A stretch of 64,000 nucleotides of DNA, taken from NCBI GenBank assembly GCA_036561025.1, contig DATBQB010000017.1, forward strand, positions 93,544-157,543, written 5' to 3'. Positions 50,538 through 59,636 of this stretch are shown one piece after another. The notes beneath the pieces are model-generated. The model worked only from the letters and a program-made list of their open reading frames with translations. It had not been told where the DNA came from and did not search any database. Within the stretch, counting starts at the first letter, position 1. The number at the start of each line of letters is the position of its first letter. The translations under genes and the position numbers were made by a program. The DNA comes from Methylobacter sp. Its GTDB lineage: Bacteria; Pseudomonadota; Gammaproteobacteria; Methylococcales; Methylomonadaceae.

Positions 50538-51502
50538 GCTGTGCTCCTAAGGTTAAAAATATTTTCATTACTCGATAAATAAGTCTGTTGCCGATGTTGC
50601 AGCAATATTCGCCGGAAAACCAACGGATCTTTTTGCTGGGTTATTTCGCCCGGACGAGGATAGCATTGATATTCCAGACGGGATAACCAAAACCGTAACG
50701 CCGCGGCTCTCAGCGCGATCGGCCAGTGCTGTTTTTCCAACGGTTCCAACGGCCTCAAGCTTTCATAAGCCGCTAACAATGCGGTAAATTTTTCGGCATT
50801 AACTATGCCGTTATCACAACACCAATCATTAGCCGTTATCGCAATATCTAACAGCAAAGTATCGGTGCAGGCGCTATTAAAATCCAACAACCCGCTGAGC
50901 TGATCGTTCACAAACAACACATTATCCCTGAACAGGTCGGCGTGAATAACGCCTCGCGGTACATTAACCGGGCTGTTTTTAGCTTGAAAAACCAGCTCAT
51001 CATTAACCAGCTCGCGATCCGTTGCCGATAAATGCGCGTTGATGTTATGAAACACCGTTTTGCACCAGCTTAAATCGTTACCGCTTTGTATCGGGAAAAC
51101 ATAGTCCTGCGTACAACGGTGCAAACTTGCCAACTGCAAGCCGATTTCCTGGCAATGTAAAACGGATGGCGATGCTACTGCTGCACCGGATAAACATTTA
51201 AATACCGCAGCCGGTTTGCCGTTAAGCTGGCGCAACGGATTGCCCTGCCGGTCGTTCTGAGGACTGGGACAAAGCAGATTGTTTTTGCCCAGATGCGACA
51301 ATAAGCTCAAAAAGTGCGGCAACTCATCGACAGTCAGCGACTCGAATAATGTTAAGACGTAACTGCCCTGCCGGGTAGTTACGAAATAATTGGTATTGTC
51401 TATGCCGTCCGTTATTCCTTCAAAACCGACGACTTCACCGAGGGTGTAAGCGCTAAAGAATTGATCGAGTTGCGGGCGTGTAATACGAGTAAATACGGAC
51501 AC
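50534..51502 (-). CDS. thrB: Homoserine kinase, type II (APH-like)
   Basis: Start GTG SVFTRI at 51502; GITDGIDNTNYF, GVIHADLFRDNVLF and ALRFWLSRL. Confidence 0.9.
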   Translation of the reverse strand: MSVFTRITRPQLDQFFSAYTLGEVVGFEGITDGIDNTNYFVTTRQGSYVLTLFESLTVDELPHFLSLLSHLGKNNLLCPSPQNDRQGNPLRQLNGKPAAVFKCLSGAAVASPSVLHCQEIGLQLASLHRCTQDYVFPIQSGNDLSWCKTVFHNINAHLSATDRELVNDELVFQAKNSPVNVPRGVIHADLFRDNVLFVNDQLSGLLDFNSACTDTLLLDIAITANDWCCDNGIVNAEKFTALLAAYESLRPLEPLEKQHWPIALRAAALRFWLSRLEYQCYPRPGEITQQKDPLVFRRILLQHRQQTYLSSNENIFNLRSTA

Positions 51503-51515
51503 TGACTTTAAGCGG

Positions 51516-51857
51516 CTACCATTCCAGCAAGTTCCACATTTGAACCCCGTTTTCTCTATCCAGATCGCTGCGGCGTACATCCATTTTGCCGTCGCCATTG
51601 GTATCGAGAAAATAATACGGAGGACCGACAGCCGGTACGACTTTTATCATATAAAGCCTGCCTCCGCGGCGGTATTCCTGAATGGTGTCTTTACCTTTAC
51701 GAATAATGGTGATGTCCGGCTCCATAGTTTCACCGCTTTGCACCGGCAAAGGCGGTTCCGGCGCTTCCGGCACAGCCTCAAGCTTTGGCGGTTTTTCATC
51801 GTCATCGGCGGCATAGACCGAAAAGGCGAGCAAACTCAGTAAGATAAAATGTCGCAT
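51516..51857 (-). CDS. DUF2782 exported protein
   Basis: Signal peptide; EPDITI...QEYRRGGRLYMIKVVP..GPPYY..D..GDG. Confidence 0.85.
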   Translation of the reverse strand: MRHFILLSLLAFSVYAADDDEKPPKLEAVPEAPEPPLPVQSGETMEPDITIIRKGKDTIQEYRRGGRLYMIKVVPAVGPPYYFLDTNGDGKMDVRRSDLDRENGVQMWNLLEW

Positions 51858-52218
51858 AAAGTGACTCTTTTAAAAATAGAAACTGCGGCTATCTTATTAC
51901 AGTTTTTACCGGCTTGCTTAACTAAAATAACCTGACAATTGATGCTATCAATGTCGGATTCCGTCTTACTGCTCCCGCTTAACCGGATTAACAAAACCCT
52001 ACTAACTTTCCTCCCCGACATGACTTCAGCCTTTTTTAAAAGGGCCCTGAGCCTGGTATTGCCGAAACTATGCGGTATTTTTCCGCTTTTCTTTCTCACT
52101 GAACAAGATATGGCTAACTGCGTTATTTAACTCAACAAAGTGCGGCATCTGACTCGCTATTATTAAAAATAAATCTCAATAAACAAGCGATAGTCAGCAT
52201 TGGCAAGGCTTTGGTGGC

Positions 52219-52235
52219 TTGGCACGCGCTTTGCG
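52219..52235 (+). promoter_or_regulatory. Sigma-54 (-24/-12) promoter
   Basis: TTGGCACGCGCTTTGCG matches TGGCAC-N5-TTGC with exact GG-N10-GC spacing, 38 bp upstream of the likely start. Confidence 0.75.
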
Positions 52236-52272
52236 ATGCGATATGGACATCCATAACTATCAAAATGAAAAA

Positions 52273-54504
52273 ATGAGAAAATACGTATTAATATTGGGAG
52301 CAAGTTATTTAGGCTGCGGAATTGCCGCAGAGCCAGTGACAACGGCCAGCAAACAAAACCAGAAGAAAGAGAGCGCGAAAAAGACAGAAGAACTTCTGGT
52401 TCTGGACATGCTGACTATCAAAGCGCAAAAGTCCAATATCGATCAGCCGTTCGGTTCCTATCTTGACCATTCCAAAATAGCTCTTGCCAGAACCGCTACT
52501 AGCGATACCGCCCAAATGTTTAAAGGCACTCCGGGCATGAGCTTTTCCGGTGGCGGCGGCATTTCCAGCCGCCCTATTATCCACGGCATGGCGGATGATC
52601 GTTTACGTGTTCAAGTCGATGGCATGAATCTGATTTCGGCTTGCGCTAATCATATGAATCCTGCGCTGTCTTATGTCGCTCCATCCAGCGTGATGAGCGC
52701 TCAAGTGCTTGCCGGAATTACCCCGGTCAGCATGGGCGGCGACAGTATCGGCGGCACTATCCGCGTTAATTCAGCCGATCCCGAATTTGCCGAAGCCGGC
52801 GCGGCGCCGTTGTTAAAAGGGCAAGCCTCAACCTTTTACCGCACCAACGGCGACGCGCGAGGAGGCAATATTTCAGCCTCGATAGCAAACGAATATGCCG
52901 AGCTTAAGTACACGGGCTCAACAGTGCAGTCGCGTAATTACAAAGCCGGCGGAAATTTCACCACCTTAAATACCAAAAACGGCAATGATGTGGTGGCCTC
53001 TTCGGCCTATAAATCCGAAAACCAATCACTATCGCTGGCCTTGCGCAACGACGACCATCTTGCCGTTATCAAAGTCGGCCAGCAAAACATCCCTTATCAA
53101 GCCTTCCCCAACGTGCGGATGGACATGACCGGCGACGACAGCTGGTTTGCCAATATCTTTACTAAAAGCCAGTTTCAGTGGGGAAATATCGAAACTCGCG
53201 CTTATCATGAAGATGCCCGGCACAAGATGAATTTCCTGGAAGATAAAATGACTACGCCAACCCGTAGCATGCCGATGGATACGCATGGCGTTAACCAAGG
53301 CCTGTCGGTAAAAGCCAATATCGATATAACCGACAAGCATTTGCTTACCGTGGGCAGCGAGTATCAGCGTTATCGTTTAGACGACTGGTGGGATCCGATC
53401 GGCCCCAACGCGATGATAATGATGCAAGGGCCGGGGCCATTCTGGAACATCAACTCAGGAAAGCGCGACCGCGTCGATCTTTTTGCCGAATGGGAAGGCC
53501 GCTGGAACCGGCAATGGCTGACTCAACTCGGCGCACGCGTCGGCGCAGTGGAAATGAATGCCGGCGATGTATTGGACTACGGCGTAATCACACCCGAAGC
53601 GCGAATTGTTAACAGCCAGAACAAGAAGCAAACCGACATTAATATCGATTGGACCGCGCTAACCCGCTATACCCCGAACGACATGCAGACTTACGAATTA
53701 GGCGCTGCCAGAAAAACCCGTTCTCCTAATCTTTACGAGCGCTTTGCCTGGTCTCGCGGACGTACTATGGGAATGATGACCATGCCTATGTCTATGTTCA
53801 TGAACAATTGGGTGGGTGACGGTAACGGCTATGTCGGCGACATAAACCTTAAGCCGGAAGTCGCGCACACTCTTAGCGCCACCGCCAATTGGCATGACGC
53901 CAATCAGGAAGACTGGGAAACCAAAATCACACCCTTTTACACCCACGTCGAAAACTATATCGACGCGAAACTCTGCCAACCGGCCAATGGCGTGACATGC
54001 GCCAGTCCATCAAGCGGTTTTAATTTACTGCAACTGGCTAACTTCGATGCACACCTGTTCGGCGTCGATGTTTCCGGGTCCAAGCGCTTATTCGAAGACG
54101 CCAAATACGGCAGCTTCTTTGGTAAAACGGTTTTAAATTATGTCCGAGGACAAAACAACGACACCGGCGGCAACCTGTATCAGCAAATGCCATTCAATGC
54201 GACGGTAGCGCTCGAACATCAGCGCGGCGGCTGGTCCAATACCATCGAAACGCAAATAGTCGCGCCTAAAACAGACGTACAAGCCGTCCGATTGGAACCT
54301 AAAACCGCAGGCTACGCATTGCTTAACCTGCGCAGCAGTTATACCTGGAAGCATTTACGGATCGACGGCGGCATAGACAATCTTCTTGATAAGAATTATG
54401 CCCTTCCTTTAGGCGGCACTTATATAGGAGAGGTGAGCAGGCCTGGAACTGCGGTTCCTGGTATGGGGCGTTCTTTCAATGTTGGCATGACGGTAAATTA
54501 TTAA
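52273..54504 (+). CDS. TonB-dependent receptor, OprC-like copper receptor
   Basis: Plug with CANHM (CxxxM), barrel HKM (HxM), Met-rich loops, NLLDKNY and a C-terminal GRSFNVGMTVNY strand. Start MRKY at 52273 because the ORF-track start lies inside the promoter. Confidence 0.85.
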   Translation: MRKYVLILGASYLGCGIAAEPVTTASKQNQKKESAKKTEELLVLDMLTIKAQKSNIDQPFGSYLDHSKIALARTATSDTAQMFKGTPGMSFSGGGGISSRPIIHGMADDRLRVQVDGMNLISACANHMNPALSYVAPSSVMSAQVLAGITPVSMGGDSIGGTIRVNSADPEFAEAGAAPLLKGQASTFYRTNGDARGGNISASIANEYAELKYTGSTVQSRNYKAGGNFTTLNTKNGNDVVASSAYKSENQSLSLALRNDDHLAVIKVGQQNIPYQAFPNVRMDMTGDDSWFANIFTKSQFQWGNIETRAYHEDARHKMNFLEDKMTTPTRSMPMDTHGVNQGLSVKANIDITDKHLLTVGSEYQRYRLDDWWDPIGPNAMIMMQGPGPFWNINSGKRDRVDLFAEWEGRWNRQWLTQLGARVGAVEMNAGDVLDYGVITPEARIVNSQNKKQTDINIDWTALTRYTPNDMQTYELGAARKTRSPNLYERFAWSRGRTMGMMTMPMSMFMNNWVGDGNGYVGDINLKPEVAHTLSATANWHDANQEDWETKITPFYTHVENYIDAKLCQPANGVTCASPSSGFNLLQLANFDAHLFGVDVSGSKRLFEDAKYGSFFGKTVLNYVRGQNNDTGGNLYQQMPFNATVALEHQRGGWSNTIETQIVAPKTDVQAVRLEPKTAGYALLNLRSSYTWKHLRIDGGIDNLLDKNYALPLGGTYIGEVSRPGTAVPGMGRSFNVGMTVNY

Positions 54505-54678
54505 TAGCCGCCATTCTGAGGCACAAGGATAAAACCGACCCGGTCTCCGCCGTACCTCTTCAGTGACAAAATGCCAATTGGCGGGTGTAGCCTTTAAACT
54601 ATACTCGTCAATTGGCTTCAACTTCATGACCTCTGCGTGTCTTAGCATACATCAGGGTCTTCCCCTTGGTAATGCTAG

Positions 54679-54740
54679 TTCTCAAGCTCCAGCTTGGGAA
54701 TTCAATGAAGGAAGCTCTAGCTTTCCGTCTCGCGAAGCTA
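54679..54740. repeat. Truncated short palindromic repeat (TTCYCAAGCT-CC-AGCTTGGGAA ... GGAAGCTCTAGC)
   Basis: 10-bp arms with one mismatch at 54679-54700, then a second AGCT..AGCT unit; resembles interspersed repeats I recall from related genomes (not verified). Confidence 0.45.
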
Positions 54741-54890
54741 CAACAAAGTAAATAAACATTAGCTGTTGATTTTAATCGGCTAAACAAGCACCTTTGCCTA
54801 ATCTCAGAATGCCCTCACCGCAATTAACCCTTTTGAAAACTCACCGAATCTATTGCCAAATAATCATGAAATTATTTTTCGTGGACAAGC

Positions 54891-54965
54891 ATGAGTTATA
54901 AAATCACTTGTTATAACTCATATTTACCAATATTATGAGCTATAGACAAAGGATATATAACTCAT
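54891..54965. promoter_or_regulatory. Twin palindromic operators upstream of fic
   Basis: ATGAGTTATA-N11-TATAACTCAT (54891-54921) and ATGAGCTATA-N11-TATAACTCAT (54935-54965); the second overlaps the start codon. Confidence 0.75.
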
Positions 54966-56067
54966 GACGTGGAACTGGCAACAGCCTGACTGGCCTAATT
55001 TTAGCTACGACAAATCCCTGCTTGATGATTTCGAGAAACAATTGCTGCTGGGCGCCGGTTTTGCGTTCGGTGCATTCAAACACCTTAATGAAGAGGACAA
55101 GCAGCAACTAACCGTCGAGCTCATCAGCAACGAAGCGTTAAAAACATCGGAAATCGAAGGCGAATATCTTGATCGCGACAGCCTTCAGTCGTCTATTCGC
55201 CGTCAATTCGGTTTGACCGCTGACAGCCGCAAAATTCCTCCTGCCGAGCAAGGCATCGCGGAAATGATGGTTGATGTATATCGAGGCTTTGAAGCTCCAC
55301 TCTCCCACGCTATGCTGTTCAAATGGCATAAAATGCTGACCACTGGCCGTCGCGATTTAAACGACATAGGCGGATACCGTACACATAGCGAACCGATGCA
55401 AATCGTATCCGGCGCTATCTATGCGCCCAAAGTACATTTTGAAGCGCCGCCGTCATCGCAAATGCTACCGGAAATGGAGCGGTTCATTAACTGGTTTAAC
55501 GCCACCGCATCGAACGGAAAAACGCCGTTGCCAGCTTTATTGCGCGCCGCTATTGCCCATCTTTATTTTGTCAGCATCCATCCGTTCGAAGACGGCAATG
55601 GCCGAATCGGACGGGCAATTGCCGAAAAAGCGCTCGCTCAATGCCTAGGCCAACCCACGCTAATTGCCATTGCCTACACAATTGAACGCAACAAAAAAGC
55701 CTATTACAGCGCACTTGAACAGGCCAACAAGCAGAACGAGATAACAGCTTGGCTAATCTATTTTGCGGAAACAATCATAAACGCCCAAAGCTATACCGCA
55801 ACGTGGATCGATTTTTTGATCAAGAAAGCTAAATTCTATGACCGCTTACGCGGGCAAATGAATCCGCGCCAGGAGAAAGCTTTAGCGAGAATGTTCCGCG
55901 AAGGCCCGGACGGATTCGTTGGAGGATTGAGTGCGGAAAAATACATCGGCATCACCGGCGCGCCCAGGGCTACTGCTACCCGCGATTTGCAGGATTTGGT
56001 AAGCAAAGAGGCTTTAGTTCGGCATGGCGAGCGTAAGCACACCCGATATTCTCTTAATCTCGAATGA
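54964..56067 (+). CDS. Class II Fic-domain protein (DUF4172-type N-terminus, C-terminal wHTH)
   Basis: HPFEDGNGRIGR catalytic motif, N-terminal inhibitory TSEIEG [(S/T)xxxE(G/N)], WNWQQPDWPNF start and C-terminal RATATRDLQDLV. Confidence 0.92.
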   Translation: MTWNWQQPDWPNFSYDKSLLDDFEKQLLLGAGFAFGAFKHLNEEDKQQLTVELISNEALKTSEIEGEYLDRDSLQSSIRRQFGLTADSRKIPPAEQGIAEMMVDVYRGFEAPLSHAMLFKWHKMLTTGRRDLNDIGGYRTHSEPMQIVSGAIYAPKVHFEAPPSSQMLPEMERFINWFNATASNGKTPLPALLRAAIAHLYFVSIHPFEDGNGRIGRAIAEKALAQCLGQPTLIAIAYTIERNKKAYYSALEQANKQNEITAWLIYFAETIINAQSYTATWIDFLIKKAKFYDRLRGQMNPRQEKALARMFREGPDGFVGGLSAEKYIGITGAPRATATRDLQDLVSKEALVRHGERKHTRYSLNLE

Positions 56068-56310
56068 GCTTATAAAAATAAGCGTTTATGATGCTGACTA
56101 AGTAAACGCCCTTGGCGTTATTGCCTGACTCGCGGATTCTGCATGACGCTATCTATTAAATATGCAAAGAAGAGACGTTGATTCCAGCCGTTAGCCATTT
56201 ACATCAAAAGACAATATACTGGAAAGATCGATATAGTCTTGATTTGCTCGAGCTGACTGCTCCAGCCTTTTTGTCTATGCCCACTCAGTAACATATCCAA
56301 GGATTCAAGC

Positions 56311-59300
56311 ATGTCTAAACTCGCTCTGCGACTTATTGAAGAAAATATGCAAACCCGTGCGCCCTTTCTGGATCTTGGAAATTGCGAACTTACCGAAGTA
56401 CCCAAGGAAATTGCGGCCTTGGTTTGGCTGGAGCAGTTGTCGTTTTCCAGAACTCGAACAGAATGGGACGGCACAAATTGGCATAGTCAGCTTACAACAA
56501 ATGTCGGTCCTGCAAATAACATCGAGCGCCTTATAAGACGAGGTTCGACATTCAATCCTTTTCATAATTTAAAGAACTTAAAACAGCTTTGGCTGAACGG
56601 AGATTCATCCAGACAATTTTCCCTAAGCAGTATTGCTCCTTTAGATGGACTGGTAAATCTTGAGGGACTTGATGTTTCAGCTACTCGAATATCTGGCTTA
56701 TTGAGCTTGGCAAGAATGACGAATCTTCGTACTTTGGATATTTCAAAAACACGAGTCACTAAATTGGACCATTTAGCTAGGCTTGAAAAACTCCAAGTAC
56801 TCAAAGCTCAGCAAACTCAAGTATCCAATTTGCGTCCGTTAGTTAGATTAGTAAATTTACAACAACTTAATTTTAACTTTACTGAAATCAAAGACTTGAC
56901 ACCAATATATAGACTAACAAATCTACAAATCATTAAATTTAAGATGACGCGTATTGCTGAGCTAGCTCCATTAGCTGGACTGTTTAAGCTGCAAGAAATT
57001 GATCTTAGTCGAACAAAGGTAATGGATTTATCACCATTAGCTGGATTGACTAGTCTGCAATGGCTTGATGTATCACAGACACCTGTTATCAACTTATCTC
57101 CATTGGCTGATTTATATGAACTGAAAGAACTTCAGGCTTCTCATACCAAAGTATCAGATTTATCTGGATTAGTTGGACTCTCAAACTTACGTCGACTTGA
57201 CCTTTCAGAAACACAAATAGCTGATTTAGCGCCTTTGTTGCCGCTGATAACACATGGCGTTCCAGTGAAAAGCAGTCGGTTATGGGGTGCGATGTGGTGG
57301 TTTGTGGATGAGGAAATTATCAACATTAGTGGCTGTCCTCTTACTAATCCACCGCTCGAAACAGCACAACAAGGCAATGAAGCCATCCTCCGCTATTTTG
57401 ACGAACAGCGTCGTGTCGGCACAATCAAAGTTCGGGAGGCAAAACTACTCATAGTCGGTCAAGGCAAAGCAGGTAAAACAACACTCAAGAAGAAACTACA
57501 AGATCAAAATGCCGAGATGCCAGAACTCGACGATACCACGAGAGGCATTGAAATTACCCGCCTGGACGAGAGAATGCCGCAGACTGGAGAACCTTTGCGC
57601 ATTAACGTCTGGGATTTTGGCGGGCAAGACATCCAACATTATGCTCATCAATTTTTTTTAACAGGCAATTCGCTTTATGCCCTTGTTACTAACGAGCGCA
57701 TCCAAGACTCAGTACATCTGCCTTATTGGCTTAACATCATCGAGATGCTAGGTAAAAAAAGTCCCATCCTCTTGATTCAGAACAAAGATGGCGGGCATTG
57801 CCAACCTTTGCGAGATGAGGCTGCGATTCGGGCGCGATTCAGCAATATTCACAACCGTATGTTTCAAACTGACTTTTCAAAAGCTGCCACAGAACCTGAG
57901 TTCGCCGATTTGCGCAGGGAAATCGTACACCAAGCGGCCCAACTACCCCATGTCGAACGCGAATATTTGGCTTCTTTTGCGGAACTGCGCGGCAAGTTGG
58001 AAAACAAAGCCGATCACGGCATCCATTATCTGAATTGGAAAGATTTTCTTACTATGATGCCGGAATTGTCCGAAGATCTGATGCGCGACTACGCCAATGC
58101 ACTGACTTTTCTGGGAGTTTGTCAATATTTCCCAGATGACGCGCACTTATCTCAGTTTGTGTTTCTACGCTCGAAATGGATCATAGACGCTTTGTTCGCG
58201 CTGTTGCTACATCCGTCTTTAGAGGAGAAACGTGGTCATTTCAACGAGAACGATACTTTCGATATTTGGAAAGGTCTTGAATATCAGGGAATGCACGCGC
58301 TATTGGTGCGGATGATGGAAGAATTTGAGCTATGCTACCGGGTTGAAGGTGACGGGCATAACTATATCTTGCCGCAACGTTTGCCTAGCGAAAAGCTTAC
58401 TTACGGCTGGGACGAACTCGGTGATACACCTGTGGAGTATAAATACAAATTTATGCCCAAGGGTATTCTTACTCGTTTGATTTGTCGTCTACATCCGCGT
58501 ATCGAAACCAACCCGGAGCGCGGGCAGCGAGTATGGTGTGACGCAGTGATTTTCGCATTGCCCGACGGCAAAGGCAGGGTGTTTGCGCGCGAAGTTTACA
58601 GTGAGAATACCATCGAACTACGTGCAACAGGGGACAAGCGAGCCGAAATGCTGAATGAGGTCATCCGGAAAATGGACGACATCAACCACGATGCCAAATA
58701 TGACAACCTGCAAGTGGAGAAACTGGTGCCTTGTCCGTGCGAAGAATGTGTACAGGCAGAATCGCCGGGTTTCCATGATTACGATGTCCTGCAAAAACGC
58801 ATTGAGAAAGATAAAGACACATCGGAATGCAAGAAGAGCGGAGAGGACGTGTCGATAAGTGAGATATTCGGCAAGTCTGGTGTGAAGCGACCGGAATCGA
58901 GCCAGAGAGATAGATTTAATAAAAAGTTACGGGGGGATATTATGCCAACGACATCATTGAAAGTTTTTATTTCCTATTCTCATGCTCAGCGAGATTACTT
59001 TCCGATTTTCAAGAAAGATCTCAATGAATACACTAGGCTTTCAGGGTTAGACATTCAGATATTCGATGACAATGAAATCCCTATCGGCTCGTTCTGGGAC
59101 GAATTACTCCAAAACAGGGTTGCTAATTGCGACGTTATGATTCTTCTGGTCAGCCAAGAGTTCATGAATTCGCAGTATATCCAGGAAAAGGAGTTCGGCG
59201 CAGCAATAGAGCGGTTGAAAAATGGGCACGAGTTACTGGTTGCGCCGGTTTATTTTGCACCTTGTAAGTTTAACTCGGAGGAGGAACTGGCTCGGCTACA

Positions 59301-59496
59301 GTTTTTCAAACCCCATGGAGAGGATTTTGATGAATCAAAAAAAGCTGAAAACTTTTCATATATTGATTTAGTGAAATTCCGACAAAACGACGGGCAGCCC
59401 ATCCCTAACTCTAACCGCCAGCATTACATGATGGCATTCATGAAAAAGCTGGAGCCGGAATTGCGGAAGCTGGCAGATAGCATTAATTCACAATGA
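56311..59496 (+). CDS. Roco protein: LRR - Roc GTPase - COR - Cys-rich segment - TIR
   Basis: 22-aa LRRs (e.g. LAGLTSLQWLDVSQTPVINLSP), G1 GQGKAGKT, switch I TTRGIEI, G3 WDFGGQ, COR-like region (KWIIDALF, MEEFELCY, FMPKGILTRLI), CPCEEC, and TIR KVFISYSH...LLVSQEF..S.YI.EKEF. Confidence 0.9.
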   Translation: MSKLALRLIEENMQTRAPFLDLGNCELTEVPKEIAALVWLEQLSFSRTRTEWDGTNWHSQLTTNVGPANNIERLIRRGSTFNPFHNLKNLKQLWLNGDSSRQFSLSSIAPLDGLVNLEGLDVSATRISGLLSLARMTNLRTLDISKTRVTKLDHLARLEKLQVLKAQQTQVSNLRPLVRLVNLQQLNFNFTEIKDLTPIYRLTNLQIIKFKMTRIAELAPLAGLFKLQEIDLSRTKVMDLSPLAGLTSLQWLDVSQTPVINLSPLADLYELKELQASHTKVSDLSGLVGLSNLRRLDLSETQIADLAPLLPLITHGVPVKSSRLWGAMWWFVDEEIINISGCPLTNPPLETAQQGNEAILRYFDEQRRVGTIKVREAKLLIVGQGKAGKTTLKKKLQDQNAEMPELDDTTRGIEITRLDERMPQTGEPLRINVWDFGGQDIQHYAHQFFLTGNSLYALVTNERIQDSVHLPYWLNIIEMLGKKSPILLIQNKDGGHCQPLRDEAAIRARFSNIHNRMFQTDFSKAATEPEFADLRREIVHQAAQLPHVEREYLASFAELRGKLENKADHGIHYLNWKDFLTMMPELSEDLMRDYANALTFLGVCQYFPDDAHLSQFVFLRSKWIIDALFALLLHPSLEEKRGHFNENDTFDIWKGLEYQGMHALLVRMMEEFELCYRVEGDGHNYILPQRLPSEKLTYGWDELGDTPVEYKYKFMPKGILTRLICRLHPRIETNPERGQRVWCDAVIFALPDGKGRVFAREVYSENTIELRATGDKRAEMLNEVIRKMDDINHDAKYDNLQVEKLVPCPCEECVQAESPGFHDYDVLQKRIEKDKDTSECKKSGEDVSISEIFGKSGVKRPESSQRDRFNKKLRGDIMPTTSLKVFISYSHAQRDYFPIFKKDLNEYTRLSGLDIQIFDDNEIPIGSFWDELLQNRVANCDVMILLVSQEFMNSQYIQEKEFGAAIERLKNGHELLVAPVYFAPCKFNSEEELARLQFFKPHGEDFDESKKAENFSYIDLVKFRQNDGQPIPNSNRQHYMMAFMKKLEPELRKLADSINSQ

Positions 59497-59514
59497 ACTT
59501 TGAATCAATAACTC

Positions 59515-59602
59515 GGTAGGATGGGTAAAGGCTGTAACCGAAACTCATCATAATCGTCAATCACCAATGTGACAGGTTTCGCGTTGCTCTACCCATCCTA
59601 CC
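59515..59602. repeat. GTAG-type REP doublet (REPIN-like)
   Basis: GGTAGGATGGGTA ... TACCCATCCTACC are perfect 13-bp terminal inverted repeats, between convergent genes. Confidence 0.75.
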
Positions 59603-59636
59603 AAGCTGCTGATGACGAATTAATTACCTCCCTTTT

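Noticed and set aside
51836-52130. Small ORFs upstream of the TonB receptor as a DUF2946-type copper partner
   Set aside because: No CxxC/His motif or signal peptide; more likely the regulatory region of the sigma-54 promoter.
56199-57386. Minus-strand ORFs opposite the LRR region
   Set aside because: Antisense artefacts of the repetitive LRR coding sequence.
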